Below, one piece after another: positions 51,255-61,713 of a stretch of DNA of 64,000 nt. Where the stretch lies: assembly GCA_963703315.1 (NCBI GenBank), contig OY969811.1, positions 2,592,001-2,656,000 of the forward strand, given 5' to 3'. The position numbers and the translations under genes are program-made. Below the pieces are notes generated by a model. The model was not told the DNA's origin. It saw only the letters and a list, made by a program, of their open reading frames with translations, and made no database searches. The DNA is from an uncultured cyanobacterium. GTDB lineage: Bacteria; Cyanobacteriota; Cyanobacteriia; Pseudanabaenales; Pseudanabaenaceae. Every line of letters begins with the position of its first letter. Position 1 is the first letter of the stretch.

Positions 51255-52301
51255 TTACGCACCAAAAGCGATCGCACTCCATTGTCTAGATTTAGCTAGT
51301 TTCCATACAGTGATACCGATCGCCCATGAGATGATGGCAGCTAATGGTACAAATAAAATCCCGCCAAAAATTTCTAAAGGAGCGATCGCTCTGAGTACCC
51401 ACACATGGACTAGGTAGGTCGTAAAGCTGGCGCTAGAGAAAGTTTTAGAAAAGAGCATCACTTTGGGACTCTCTTTTCTATGGTTCCAAGAGATTGACCA
51501 TAATAAAAAGCTGAAGCTTAGCAAAACCACAGTTGGACGAGTGTAATGCCCGATCGCTTCGGCAGAATTTTTGAGGATAGCTAGCCAATAGAATTCGCTT
51601 AATTCTATGATGGCAGCGATCGTAAATAGATATCCCCATAAATGCGATTTGTCTACTAATGAGTTAATCCATCCCTGATCTTTGGCTAGCCAAATGCCAA
51701 GCTGAAAATAGGACAGCCAATAAATTAGATGGTTTCCATCGGGTAGAAAGTTGGTGATATTTGTCAATAATCCAAAGTTAGCAGATAGCCATCGCAAGCT
51801 AAATAGAGTAAAAGTGAGGCTTAGTAATAGAGATAAATTTCTGGTGGTGAAAGGAATGCGGCGTAGCAATGGATAAGTTACATAACATTGCAAAATGATT
51901 CCTAAAAAGTAGAGATGGTAATCGCCCATCCCTGTGGCGATCGCTTGCCAAATTTGTTGTAACCGTTCTAGCCAATCGGCTGTAAGGAATTGCGATCGCC
52001 CAACCACATTGAACAAAGTAAAGAGGATATAGGGTGGCAAAATTCGCCAGAGTCGTTTTTGGATAAAGATGTTTAAATTAAAGGGTCGTTTCTCTTCCGA
52101 CTTGGCTAAGGCAAATCCAGACAGGATTACAAACATCGGTACGGTAAAGCGTCCGACTTGATTGATCGTCGTGTCAATAAAAATCTCTGGATTAAAAGTC
52201 ACTGTGTCACGTACTCCAAACCACCAGTGATGGGAGGCATGGATACCAATCACAATAGTTGTGGCGATCGCCCTTAGTAAGTCAGATAGCTCCCAAGTCA
52301 T
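51255..52301 (-). CDS. Acyltransferase family 3 membrane protein
   Basis: LRAIA....IH, VPMFVILSG, YHLYF, YLVH; start chosen at MTWELS to avoid overlap. Confidence 0.85.
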   Translation of the reverse strand: MTWELSDLLRAIATTIVIGIHASHHWWFGVRDTVTFNPEIFIDTTINQVGRFTVPMFVILSGFALAKSEEKRPFNLNIFIQKRLWRILPPYILFTLFNVVGRSQFLTADWLERLQQIWQAIATGMGDYHLYFLGIILQCYVTYPLLRRIPFTTRNLSLLLSLTFTLFSLRWLSANFGLLTNITNFLPDGNHLIYWLSYFQLGIWLAKDQGWINSLVDKSHLWGYLFTIAAIIELSEFYWLAILKNSAEAIGHYTRPTVVLLSFSFLLWSISWNHRKESPKVMLFSKTFSSASFTTYLVHVWVLRAIAPLEIFGGILFVPLAAIISWAIGITVWKLAKSRQWSAIAFGA

Positions 52302-52305
52302 GTTT

Positions 52306-52746
52306 TTATTTAGCATCATGGTGGCGCTCTGCGCCACCATGATCATATTGAATTATTTTGGGAATTGGTAAATCTCCGCATTCCATTTTTTGGAGTATTT
52401 CTGCTATTCCCTCTTTTCCATTAATTTGCACAGTTCGCAATATCTGTAAACTATCTTCTAGTAAACTTTCTACATCAATAGATTGATAGGCAGGAAGATA
52501 GGCTGGTAAGCGACTTGTACCTTCACCTAAAAGAATCGTCGCTCCATGCCAGTTTTGATTTTGGAGATGATATAAACCCACTGCAATTTGCAAAATTCCT
52601 TGATAGAACGCGCGATCGCTTTGCCAAGCATCATTCCAAATCGCCTCTAAAGTGTCGTGACAGGCATAGTAATCACCACTATTGAACTGAGCGATCGCTT
52701 CTGCAAATAAAGGCTCACACGGAGGATCAGGTACAGCCTCAGACAT
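52306..52746 (-). CDS. DUF309 family protein
   Basis: FNSGDYYACHDTLEAIW, QGILQIAVGLYH. Confidence 0.88.
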   Translation of the reverse strand: MSEAVPDPPCEPLFAEAIAQFNSGDYYACHDTLEAIWNDAWQSDRAFYQGILQIAVGLYHLQNQNWHGATILLGEGTSRLPAYLPAYQSIDVESLLEDSLQILRTVQINGKEGIAEILQKMECGDLPIPKIIQYDHGGAERHHDAK

Positions 52747-53248
52747 TGATTAGCGCTTGATCGAGAGTATTGGCGATCGCTTGTTTTTGTTCAGAATCAT
52801 AGCCCCATTTTTCGAGAAAAGTGGCATATTCCCCATTGCCAGTAAGGGCGGCACGTTTGATTTGCGATGCAATTACTCGCACCTCTTCAAGATCAACTTT
52901 GGCAATTAAAAGTGCTGTTCTCTTAGCTACGCGCTCAGAACCTTCTGCTTGTTCAATATTTTCTGTCCGTCGATGAGTCATCGCCATCGCGGTTGACATT
53001 ACCAAATTTTTGACAAGTAGTTCGGCGATCGCTGTAGGTGTGGATTGTAAAGCGCGAATTAAGCCTGCACTAGGTGCATCTGCTAATTGCCAGTCTCCCG
53101 TTAAAAAAGCTACAAAAAAACCTCTTGCTCCATTAGCTGTCTGCACCAGTGCCGCAATTGCTGCTTCTAGCTGCACATCATCTAAATCATGACGAGCAAG
53201 CAAAGAATTTGTATAGGCGATCGCTTCTTCAAAGGTGATATTGCTCAT
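52739..53248 (-). CDS. Hypothetical protein (cyanobacterial type)
   Basis: Long ORF coupled to DUF309; NGARGFFV, KNLVMSTAM, KWGYD. Confidence 0.7.
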   Translation of the reverse strand: MSNITFEEAIAYTNSLLARHDLDDVQLEAAIAALVQTANGARGFFVAFLTGDWQLADAPSAGLIRALQSTPTAIAELLVKNLVMSTAMAMTHRRTENIEQAEGSERVAKRTALLIAKVDLEEVRVIASQIKRAALTGNGEYATFLEKWGYDSEQKQAIANTLDQALINV

Positions 53249-53264
53249 GGGTTCTAGATGTTTT

Positions 53265-53942
53265 TTATTTGATATGGTCGAGACAATGATTTGGTAAAAA
53301 CGCTGTCCAGCCATTATCTAGCTTGACACGGCAACTGACACTAATTACCTGCTCAACCACCCCCTTATGATTGGCGTATTGTTGACGATTGGCATTCACA
53401 ATGACGCGATCGCCCACTTTAAAAGTTTTACTTACAGTTTTATTGTCGGCACTGCCATCTTGCTTCTTGTCTGAAACTTTAGGAATTGCCGCTTTTTTGA
53501 GAGTCGGCGCAGAATGAAAAGTTAAGGAAGCAGCTTGCTGTCCATTGACCTGATAGTTATATCCCCGCCCTTGAATAAGTTGCAAACTTCCAATTTGGAC
53601 ATTTGCCAGATACTGCACAAACCGATCTACAGATATCTCCATCGCTTCGGCAAGGTCTTCAAACATGACAGGATAACTCCAATAGTTTTCGCCAACCTGT
53701 AAATCAGCTAACTCTTGCCATGCATCAAATAACTTTTGTCCAAACTGTGATCCAGACTGTGATCCTAAAGCATCATCGCGATCGCCATTGGGTTTAGTCA
53801 CAGACCCTGTAGATACAGGGTTAGATACTAGAGTTTCTAATGTTTTCAGTAAGTTTTGAGCGACGCGATCACTCTCTTCTGTCTTGACTCGAAGATATTC
53901 GAGAATCTGTTCAAACAAAGATTCGCTAACATTAACAGCCAT
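53265..53942 (-). CDS. Hypothetical protein with C-terminal KOW/SH3-like domain
   Basis: FKVGDRVIV...GVVEQV...RVKLDNG. Confidence 0.55.
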   Translation of the reverse strand: MAVNVSESLFEQILEYLRVKTEESDRVAQNLLKTLETLVSNPVSTGSVTKPNGDRDDALGSQSGSQFGQKLFDAWQELADLQVGENYWSYPVMFEDLAEAMEISVDRFVQYLANVQIGSLQLIQGRGYNYQVNGQQAASLTFHSAPTLKKAAIPKVSDKKQDGSADNKTVSKTFKVGDRVIVNANRQQYANHKGVVEQVISVSCRVKLDNGWTAFLPNHCLDHIK

Positions 53943-54227
53943 ATAAATACTCGCACGCACTACTTTATGAGCATCTGAAAATCGCCTTTTGATAAGCTAA
54001 GCAGATGCAAACCGTGATTTTAGAAAAATAAAAATCTCAATATTCTTTAAAGTAGCATCAAAAAGTTAACACCAATTTGTCTTCTATATTTATGTTGCAA
54101 TTTTTTTACATTTCATAGCCGTAACCAGAAAGAGAGGCGGCGCTTTGTGCTGCCTCTCTTTCTAAAAGAAATATTTTAAAAGCGTTGCTTTGCAACGCTT
54201 TTAAAATATTTCTTGGGTTTGGTATGA

Positions 54228-54893
54228 CTACCAATTTTTGGGTAAAGGTTCATTACAAAGCTGATGGATTTCGGTAATGCGATCAAACAACCACGGATAG
54301 TTATGACGATAGGCAGGAATCAGACCTAATGGAGAAAGTAAAGCTGCTGCTGTCAAATCGGCAACACTAAATTGATCCCCAATTAGATAGCCATCTTGCC
54401 AGAACTCACTAAGCATCGCGATCGCATCAGCAATCTTTTGAGCCGCTATTTTTGCAGAATCAGCATTGATCCCATATTGCAGTCGGACAGTTGTAATCAC
54501 GAGTTGACTGAGTAACGAAGGATCAAGTTGTTTACCCTCATTAGCCCGAAACTGATAATACACAAACCTTGTGGCTGTACCGATAAATTCATCAAAATAA
54601 TCTTCTAAGCGCAATGCTTCTTTTTGTTGTAAATCATCATCTAAATACAGGGGGCGATCGGGGTGATAAGTTTCTAGAAACCGAATAATTTCCGTAGAGT
54701 CGGCGACTACGGCGGGACAATTTTTTTGTTGAGGTAATAGCACAGGAACAGTTTTTAATCCTGAAAGTGGCTTGACCCTTAAAATATGTAACCCTGGTGT
54801 CAGATTTTCGACATGATAGGGAATTTGCTTGTAGCCTAGAGCGAGTCTAGCTTTGCGGCAATAGTGAGAGGTACTGAATTGTAATAAGAGCAT
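54228..54893 (-). CDS. Glutathione S-transferase family protein
   Basis: SHYCRKARLAL, TVPVL, DSTEI, FSVADL. Confidence 0.88.
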   Translation of the reverse strand: MLLLQFSTSHYCRKARLALGYKQIPYHVENLTPGLHILRVKPLSGLKTVPVLLPQQKNCPAVVADSTEIIRFLETYHPDRPLYLDDDLQQKEALRLEDYFDEFIGTATRFVYYQFRANEGKQLDPSLLSQLVITTVRLQYGINADSAKIAAQKIADAIAMLSEFWQDGYLIGDQFSVADLTAAALLSPLGLIPAYRHNYPWLFDRITEIHQLCNEPLPKNW

Positions 54894-54975
54894 TCTTTAA
54901 ATAATTTACGTTCCTGACTGTAATAAATATGCTATAGTCTCGACTAAATTTTTACGGTCTCAGGTTCTGTCGTCT

Positions 54976-55746
54976 ATGCAAACCCATCCAGTCTCTAAAC
55001 CTACAAATTCTCAATCTGGTTATCAGTCTTCTGCGTCTGGTTATCAGTCTTCAGTTCCCGTAACTGTCTACCGAGAACTGGCTGCGGAGTTGCAATCGAC
55101 TCAAGCAAAGTTATCTTTTTTTCAGTTACAGAATGACCAGTTAACTAAGCAAAATCAAATGCTGTTGCAAGAGTTTGAGGCGATCGCTCAATCGACAGAC
55201 CGCATCCAAGCAATTCTTTCCCAGTCAAATTTACCTGAAGCAAAACTATCGGAAGTTTTAACTGGTATTCGGGCTTCTTCACAAATTAATTCTGCCCCAT
55301 CGAGAAATAATCCTCAGCCTCAAGGTCGCCCTCCTGCGGCTAAACCTCATACTGCCGATAAACCCGCAACACAGGCTAGTCCTCGCAAAGCATCTGTCCA
55401 GAAAACAACTCACGCGATCCAAGAAGCCATCTCTAGGGCAAGACAACTCGCTACGGAGTCTACTCCTGAAATTGAAAGTGAGGCAATGGTCGGTGAAGCG
55501 CTGTATTATGACAGTTCTTTTGCTACCTTTGATGCACCTGCGCCAATTCCCACTAAACCGCTTCCGAAACTAGAAATCCGTGAAGAAGTATCGTCACGAC
55601 CTCTCCGCCGTGAAGCTCGCGAATCTATGGAAGAATCTCAAGAATCAAATGGTTTAAGCGGTTGGGTTTTGACCTTAACTATTGTGGCGATCGTCTTAAC
55701 CTCTTTTGGTGCTGGCTATTTGCTGATGCGTCCATTTGTAAAGTAA
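54976..55746 (+). CDS. Hypothetical coiled-coil protein with C-terminal TM anchor
   Basis: SVPVTVYRELAAELQ; terminal hydrophobic helix. Confidence 0.65.
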   Translation: MQTHPVSKPTNSQSGYQSSASGYQSSVPVTVYRELAAELQSTQAKLSFFQLQNDQLTKQNQMLLQEFEAIAQSTDRIQAILSQSNLPEAKLSEVLTGIRASSQINSAPSRNNPQPQGRPPAAKPHTADKPATQASPRKASVQKTTHAIQEAISRARQLATESTPEIESEAMVGEALYYDSSFATFDAPAPIPTKPLPKLEIREEVSSRPLRREARESMEESQESNGLSGWVLTLTIVAIVLTSFGAGYLLMRPFVK

Positions 55747-55826
55747 ATTAAAATAAAAAGCCCAAAGAATAAAGGCGGCGCTTCGCGCCGCCTTTATTCT
55801 TGGCAATGTGCAGATAAAATTAAGTC

Positions 55827-56909
55827 ATGGATAGACGTAAGTTTTTACTTTTAAGCGGTGCAGCGATCGCCTCAATGGGGGGATGTCAATGGTCAAATCC
55901 TTTTGATCAACGAGAGCGATTCCGAGTTTCAGGATTACTAGGAGCGATACCTAGCAAAGTTATTAACCAATTTGAGTCAGCTTCTCAATACAAAACTGAA
56001 TTTAAAGCTGAAAACTCAGTTTCTAAGCTATGGGAAGAACTGCAAAACTATCCCAACACTGCCAAGGATAAATCTCTCAATGCCATTAGCATCGGTGATA
56101 GTTGGCTTGATTCAGCCATTGAAAAATCATTAATTCAGCCAATTACTCCTGAGCTGTTAGCCAAAATTCCCCAATGGCAAAAAATATCTCCGCTCTGGCA
56201 GCAAAGTGTCACCAGAAATAATCAGGTATGGGGTATCCCCTATCGTTGGGGAGCCACCGCGATCGCCTATCGTGGTGACAAACTAAAATTTGACATTACT
56301 CAATGGTCAGATCTGTGGCGATCGGAACTAAAGCTAAAATTAACATTGCCTGACGATGCCCGTGAAGTGATTGGGTTAGTACTCAAAAAAATGGGGCAAT
56401 CCTATCAACAGGAAAACTTAAGTCAAAGTCAAAACCTTGCTGCCCTAAACCAAGAGCTAAAAACATTAAACTCTCAAGTTTTAACCTATACCTCTGATAA
56501 TTATTTGCAGTCTCTATTGGCAGACGACACCTTAGCAGCAGTGGGATGGACAAATGATATGAACAGAGCCAAAAAACTGAATCCTAATCTAAAAGTGGTT
56601 ATCCCTCAAGATGGAACTGCTCTGTGGAGTGATGTTTGGGTAATTCCCAAGGGTGAAGTAACAGCATCTTCATCTTTAGCATGGATGAATTTTTGTCTGA
56701 CCCCTGCGATCGCGGCTCAGATTACGGCTTTGACTGATGCAGTTAGTACCAGTGAGCTAGATCAGGTTCCTGCCAGTGTTAAAGCTGATCCGATTAAATT
56801 CTTTCCTCAAGATATTTTCAAGAAGAGTGAACTGCTCTTACCTTTATCTCCAGAATCACTACAGCAATACAAAGATATTTGGACAAAGATGCGATCGGGT
56901 TCCCTATAA
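55827..56909 (+). CDS. PotD/PotF-like ABC substrate-binding protein
   Basis: Tat-like MDRRKFL signal, IPYRWG, WSDLW, GTALWSD. Confidence 0.85.
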   Translation: MDRRKFLLLSGAAIASMGGCQWSNPFDQRERFRVSGLLGAIPSKVINQFESASQYKTEFKAENSVSKLWEELQNYPNTAKDKSLNAISIGDSWLDSAIEKSLIQPITPELLAKIPQWQKISPLWQQSVTRNNQVWGIPYRWGATAIAYRGDKLKFDITQWSDLWRSELKLKLTLPDDAREVIGLVLKKMGQSYQQENLSQSQNLAALNQELKTLNSQVLTYTSDNYLQSLLADDTLAAVGWTNDMNRAKKLNPNLKVVIPQDGTALWSDVWVIPKGEVTASSSLAWMNFCLTPAIAAQITALTDAVSTSELDQVPASVKADPIKFFPQDIFKKSELLLPLSPESLQQYKDIWTKMRSGSL

Positions 56910-56950
56910 CCAGAGAAGAGAGCGCTTTGCGCTCTCTTCTCTGGTTATAG
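56904..56950. terminator. 22-bp perfect hairpin containing both convergent stop codons
   Basis: CTATAACCAGAGAAGAGAGCGC-TTT-GCGCTCTCTTCTCTGGTTATAG. Confidence 0.75.
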
Positions 56951-57988
56951 ATTGTATGGATAATTGTAATCACTACGTTTGCGCCATTCTAATTCATGAT
57001 TGATTGCCTTATGCAAACATTCCTCAATGATGAATGGTGCATTGCGCCAATTAATATCATCACGTTGTAAAATCCAACTAACTTGCTCTAGCGACTCCTC
57101 TAACTCTGCTTCAAAACGGGCGAGGGGCAATGGCATTTTCTCTAAATTTGGTGCTTCAATACAGACAGCGATCGCCTCTTTGAGAACTCCCACAATTTCC
57201 TTACCATATACCTCACGCGCTCTTAGCCGCAGGGCTTTAAACCCCTTTTCCGATGTCGCATACATAGGAGGTAAGCGATTTAAAACATAGGCAGTTGCTT
57301 CTCCTAAATCAACTGTTTCCGCGATCGCGGGATGGAGCTTTTGGATCTGATGATAGGTAAGAGACAATACTAGTTTTTCGAGTACATTACTGAATTGATA
57401 ATTAGCATCAATCATGTAGGTTTGAAAATCCTTAGCTTTCTGCTCATCTTGAGACAAGCTGGAAGCAGCTTTCACCTGTCTCCCTTTCCAAGATATTTCA
57501 GGTGGTTTACGACCAATGGCTGTTTCATCTCCTCCCGCAGCTTCCCGTCTCCCCGTCACCATATAGGTTCTACTTACAGAAGTTTTGAGCTTGACCGTCA
57601 TCAAGGCATTTTCTAAGGCAGTCGGAATATCTTTCCAAGATGCATTCTCTGCGCCTAGTATTTGTTGCAGTGCAGCAAGCGATCGGGCATGACTAGCCAC
57701 CTCCTGCGATGGCAATTTTCCATTATCTCGTAGGGCATCAGGTTTAACGCTGACCAAAGCTCGCCGCACTGCGGACTCGATCTGTGGACGTATCTCAGTT
57801 GCCGCCTTTTTTCGTTGAATCACCCACCCCGCTTTTGAGGTTGCATACATTGGTGGCAAACGATTGAGAGCATAGGCAGCAACCTCACTCAAATTAATCT
57901 GGTCTCGACGATATTGGGGCAAGTGAGAAAGTTGTAAATCAATTTCTTCAATTACCAGTTCTTCTATTGCATTTTTGCAACTTTGCAT
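56945..57988 (-). CDS. Protein with two tandem ComFB domains
   Basis: AYALNRLPPMYATS and AYVLNRLPPMYATS; start taken at MQSCK. Confidence 0.85.
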   Translation of the reverse strand: MQSCKNAIEELVIEEIDLQLSHLPQYRRDQINLSEVAAYALNRLPPMYATSKAGWVIQRKKAATEIRPQIESAVRRALVSVKPDALRDNGKLPSQEVASHARSLAALQQILGAENASWKDIPTALENALMTVKLKTSVSRTYMVTGRREAAGGDETAIGRKPPEISWKGRQVKAASSLSQDEQKAKDFQTYMIDANYQFSNVLEKLVLSLTYHQIQKLHPAIAETVDLGEATAYVLNRLPPMYATSEKGFKALRLRAREVYGKEIVGVLKEAIAVCIEAPNLEKMPLPLARFEAELEESLEQVSWILQRDDINWRNAPFIIEECLHKAINHELEWRKRSDYNYPYNL

Positions 57989-58153
57989 ATCAAGCCTTCC
58001 CAAACCTAATATGGAATTGGAGTATTACTAAACGAGAAAAAATGATGTTGAGTTGGTTGCAAATCGTGTAGCAATTAAATTTTCTGAATTGCAATAAGTA
58101 TGGATTTTGCATAGATTCTTAAGTAGAAATTTTATTTTTACTTAAAAATCTAT

Positions 58154-58270
58154 TTATAGCTGTTGCCATTTGCATTAGGACAAATCAAAACCCAAGAAGA
58201 GAGTGGCGGCGCGAAGCGCCGCCACTTGTCTTCTAGTTTTGTGTCCTAACGAGACTGGCGATAGCTATAA
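58154..58270. repeat. TATAGC-bounded nested palindromic element (MITE-like)
   Basis: TTATAGCT..TTAGGACA..GGCGGCGC-GAA-GCGCCGCC..TGTCCTAA..AGCTATAA. Confidence 0.7.
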
Positions 58271-58330
58271 AAACATTTTGATATTATAACAAGCCAAATT
58301 AGAATCGACCATTTTTATAAATCCTATCCT

Positions 58331-58585
58331 TTATTTTTTAGGTTGATCAATGCGATAAAGCCAGATCATCAAAGCTAATGCGCCAATCTGTAAAGCAAAG
58401 TTTCCCAAGTTTGTCTCAAAGTCACCATTCCCAGCAATTAATTTAGCGAAAAAAACAACGGCTCCAATAAATCCTGAGCCACCGAAAGCAATGTAAATAA
58501 ATATGCGTAGACCGCGATAGGGTGATTTTGCTTCACGTCTTAGACGCTCGTACTGTTCTGAATTGTTGAGTTTTAGTTTTGACAT
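58331..58585 (-). CDS. DUF3493 family membrane protein
   Basis: RLRREAKSPYRGLRIFIY, two TM helices. Confidence 0.75.
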   Translation of the reverse strand: MSKLKLNNSEQYERLRREAKSPYRGLRIFIYIAFGGSGFIGAVVFFAKLIAGNGDFETNLGNFALQIGALALMIWLYRIDQPKK

Positions 58586-58652
58586 ATCGCAATCCTAAAT
58601 AATTTATGAGAAATTAAAACATGAGGCGCACGCTGCGCGTGCGCTTCATGTT

Positions 58653-59372
58653 TTAAGACTGGCTCTTTTGATTCATGGCTGTGCGATCGCATAGCCAAAT
58701 CGTATTACCAGTAATCAAGCGTGAAGGATATTGATTGACATCTCCACTGGTTGCTAACACTGCTTTAAGAGCTTTTGCCTTAGCCGCCCCTTCGATCATA
58801 AAAATAATTTCCTTAGCTTGATTAATCACAGGCACTGTCAAGGTAATCCGAGGCTGTCCATCCTTTTCGCCAACAGTGACAAGGCGATCGCCTACTTTTA
58901 GAGCTTTGGTGTGTGGAAATAATGAAGCTGTATGCCCGTCATCTCCCATGCCTAATAAAACCAAATCAAACTGGGGAATAGTTCCCTGTGAAACACCAAA
59001 AAACTCTTGGATATGTTGTTCGTACTGCGCCGCCGCGATCGCAGGATCATCAGCATCTGTAGGAATCCCATGAATATTTGCCGCAGGGATCTCTACGCGA
59101 TCGAGCCATGCTTGCCGAGTCATCCCTTCATTACTTTGAGGATCAGTAACAGGAACATAGCGCTCATCTCCCCAAAAAACATGAACTTTAGACCAGTCCC
59201 ATTCTTTACTAGCTAAGAGTTCATACAAAACACGAGGAGTGCTACCACCTGCGGCAACAATAGTGAATCTTTCTCCTTTGGCGATCGCTTCATTGTATGC
59301 AAGTTCAGCTAAAAACAAAGCTCTACTAGCAATCTCAGCGCGATCGTTCCAAATCTCTACCTGTCTAGCCAT
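58653..59372 (-). CDS. pgl: 6-phosphogluconolactonase
   Basis: GGSTP, WGDERYV, LGMGDDGHTASLFP. Confidence 0.95.
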   Translation of the reverse strand: MARQVEIWNDRAEIASRALFLAELAYNEAIAKGERFTIVAAGGSTPRVLYELLASKEWDWSKVHVFWGDERYVPVTDPQSNEGMTRQAWLDRVEIPAANIHGIPTDADDPAIAAAQYEQHIQEFFGVSQGTIPQFDLVLLGMGDDGHTASLFPHTKALKVGDRLVTVGEKDGQPRITLTVPVINQAKEIIFMIEGAAKAKALKAVLATSGDVNQYPSRLITGNTIWLCDRTAMNQKSQS

Positions 59373-59565
59373 AAAATATCTCCCTAAAAACTCACAGAAT
59401 TATTCCAGTATGGATGAACTAATGAAACGTTTTGTATAGATACTTATCAATCAATCTTATGAGAGGTGTCTTTTATTGCATTTTGTGTGATTTTTAACAG
59501 TACTAACGCAGAGATGTACTAATCTATAAAATGTTAGGAAAACATTAAGGTTGAGGTAAACAAAG

Positions 59566-59775
59566 ATGACACCTGCTATAATACGACTTTTTTGGGACTC
59601 AGTTAATCAAGCACATCCCAATCTACTCTTGAATCTTGATGATGATGGGCTAATGAGCTTGTTAGTTGATCAAGTTAAACAGAGATCTTCCCTAGACCCT
59701 CATCAGCAAAATGATCTGAGTCACTATATTAGCAATCGACTGCCTTTGATTCGCGAGATGGCATACCAGAACTAG
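59566..59775 (+). CDS. Small hypothetical protein
   Basis: MTPAIIRLFWDSV...YISNRLPLIREMA; GAGG SD-like motif upstream. Confidence 0.65.
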   Translation: MTPAIIRLFWDSVNQAHPNLLLNLDDDGLMSLLVDQVKQRSSLDPHQQNDLSHYISNRLPLIREMAYQN

Positions 59776-59994
59776 TTTGTTCTAAGGCTGCAAGGTTCTA
59801 AGGCTGCAAGTATATTGCTAATGTAATGCAAATACTGAGGGGATTGTTTTAACGGGGAACATAATACGGTTTCTAACGATGCCATGCTAATAAAATGTTA
59901 GCTAAGTGTTAGCATAATTGCCTGAGCCGTGCGATCGCTGATTTCATTGCTCCACAAACTATTTACAGTTATCTTTAGCGATTATCCCTAGCAT

Positions 59995-61395
59995 ATGGCA
60001 TCTGCAAGAATTATTGACTTATTGCGTAGCGGTCAGACTAGCAAATCTTACACTGTGCGTGGTTGGGTACGCACAAAACGAGAAGGTAAGGGAATAGCCT
60101 TTTTAGAATTGAATGATGGTTCATCGCTACAGGGGTTACAAATTGTCTTACCACAGACAATTGCCGACTATGAGTCACTAACTAAACAAATTACGACAGG
60201 CACATCGATTGAAGTGTCTGGACTTCTTGTGGAGTCAACAGGTAAGGGGCAAAGGGTAGAAATGCAAGCTGAGGCGATCGCCATCTTCGGCACAGCCGAT
60301 GCGGAAACCTATCCCTTACAGAAAAAAAGACACTCGATCGAATTTCTACGGACGATCGCCCATTTGCGTCCACGCACGAATATGTTTGGGGCGGTGTTCC
60401 GAGTTCGCAATGCCTGTGCCTATGCAATTCACAAATTTTTTCAAGAGCGTGGTTTTTTGTGGGTACATACACCAATTGTCACGGCGAGTGATTGCGAAGG
60501 GGCGGGGGAAATGTTTGGTGTGACCACGTTTGATCTCAATAAAGTGGCTGCCACAGGTAAACCTGTTGATTTTTCCCAAGACTTTTTTGGTAAGCCTGCT
60601 TTTTTGACCGTGAGTGGTCAGCTAGAAGCGGAAATCATGGCGATGGCATTTTCTAATGTCTATACCTTTGGTCCTACATTTCGCGCTGAAAACTCCAATA
60701 CTTCGCGCCATCTAGCCGAATTTTGGATGATTGAGCCAGAGGTTGCTTTTTGCGATTTGGAAGGTGATGCCGATCTTGCTGAAGATTTCCTCAAATATAT
60801 TTTTAATTATGTTCTGGAAACCTGCCCTGAAGATATGGAATTTTTCCAAGAACGGGTCAATGCTCAAGTGATGACTAATGCTCGCAAAATCATCGATGAG
60901 CAGTTTGAGCGCATTACCTATACTGAGGCGATCGCCATTCTGGAAAAGAGCAGCAAAACCTTTGAGTTTCCTGTGGAATGGGGTTTGGATTTGCAATCTG
61001 AGCATGAGAGATTTTTAGCTGAGGAGCATTTCCAAAAACCAGTAATTGTGATGGATTATCCTCTGGGGATCAAAGCATTTTATATGCGCGTAAATGATGA
61101 CTCTCAAGGCGATCGCAAAACTGTGCGGGCGATGGATATTCTCGCTCCCGGTGTCGGTGAAATTATCGGTGGTTCTCAGCGTGAAGAACGTCTGGAAGTA
61201 CTAGAAGCGAGAATTCGCAGTGTTGGTCTCAATCCCGAAGATTATTGGTGGTATCTGGATCTACGACGTTATGGCACTGTACCCCATGCTGGTTTTGGGC
61301 TAGGGTTTGAGCGTTTAGTCCAGTTCATCACAGGCATGGGAAATATTCGAGACGTAATTCCCTTTCCGCGATTCCCTCAAAGTGCCGAATTTTAA
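59995..61395 (+). CDS. asnS: Asparagine--tRNA ligase
   Basis: [39 protein letters not shown]. Confidence 0.97.
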   Translation: MASARIIDLLRSGQTSKSYTVRGWVRTKREGKGIAFLELNDGSSLQGLQIVLPQTIADYESLTKQITTGTSIEVSGLLVESTGKGQRVEMQAEAIAIFGTADAETYPLQKKRHSIEFLRTIAHLRPRTNMFGAVFRVRNACAYAIHKFFQERGFLWVHTPIVTASDCEGAGEMFGVTTFDLNKVAATGKPVDFSQDFFGKPAFLTVSGQLEAEIMAMAFSNVYTFGPTFRAENSNTSRHLAEFWMIEPEVAFCDLEGDADLAEDFLKYIFNYVLETCPEDMEFFQERVNAQVMTNARKIIDEQFERITYTEAIAILEKSSKTFEFPVEWGLDLQSEHERFLAEEHFQKPVIVMDYPLGIKAFYMRVNDDSQGDRKTVRAMDILAPGVGEIIGGSQREERLEVLEARIRSVGLNPEDYWWYLDLRRYGTVPHAGFGLGFERLVQFITGMGNIRDVIPFPRFPQSAEF

Positions 61396-61430
61396 AACAC
61401 AAAATGGCGTAGCCATTTTGTGTTTTAAAA
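61390..61430 (+). terminator. 19-bp hairpin overlapping the asnS stop
   Basis: TTTTAAAACACAAAATGGC-GTA-GCCATTTTGTGTTTTAAAA. Confidence 0.7.
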
Positions 61431-61479
61431 CCCTTACTGGGTTTAGTTTTTAACAGAAGAGAAGTGGCGGCGCTTCTCT

Positions 61480-61638
61480 CTATCCAACCAACTGCACAGT
61501 GGAGCCTTCCTCACTCTTCGATACTTCAATTAACGTATTAAAAGCTTCCTTCATTTGAGGCATATGCGTGATTACGAGAATGCACTCAAAATCGGGCGCG
61601 ATCGCATTAATGGCACTGACAAGGCGATCGCAACCCAA
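61480..61638 (-). pseudogene. sbcC: Isolated 3' fragment of sbcC (Rad50-like ATPase)
   Basis: Hand translation GCDRLVSAINAIAPDFECILVITHMPQMKEAFNTLIEVSK..VG*; in-frame stop immediately upstream. Confidence 0.7.
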
Positions 61639-61713
61639 TTAATCTTCACTAACTTTTAGAAGTAAATTTCAGCTTATATTTGTTATTAGCAAATTATTTT
61701 TGGAGCTTTTGCC

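Noticed and set aside
55015..55052. Tandem duplication encoding SGYQSS twice
   Set aside because: Short in-frame duplication in a low-complexity N-terminus; probably neutral.
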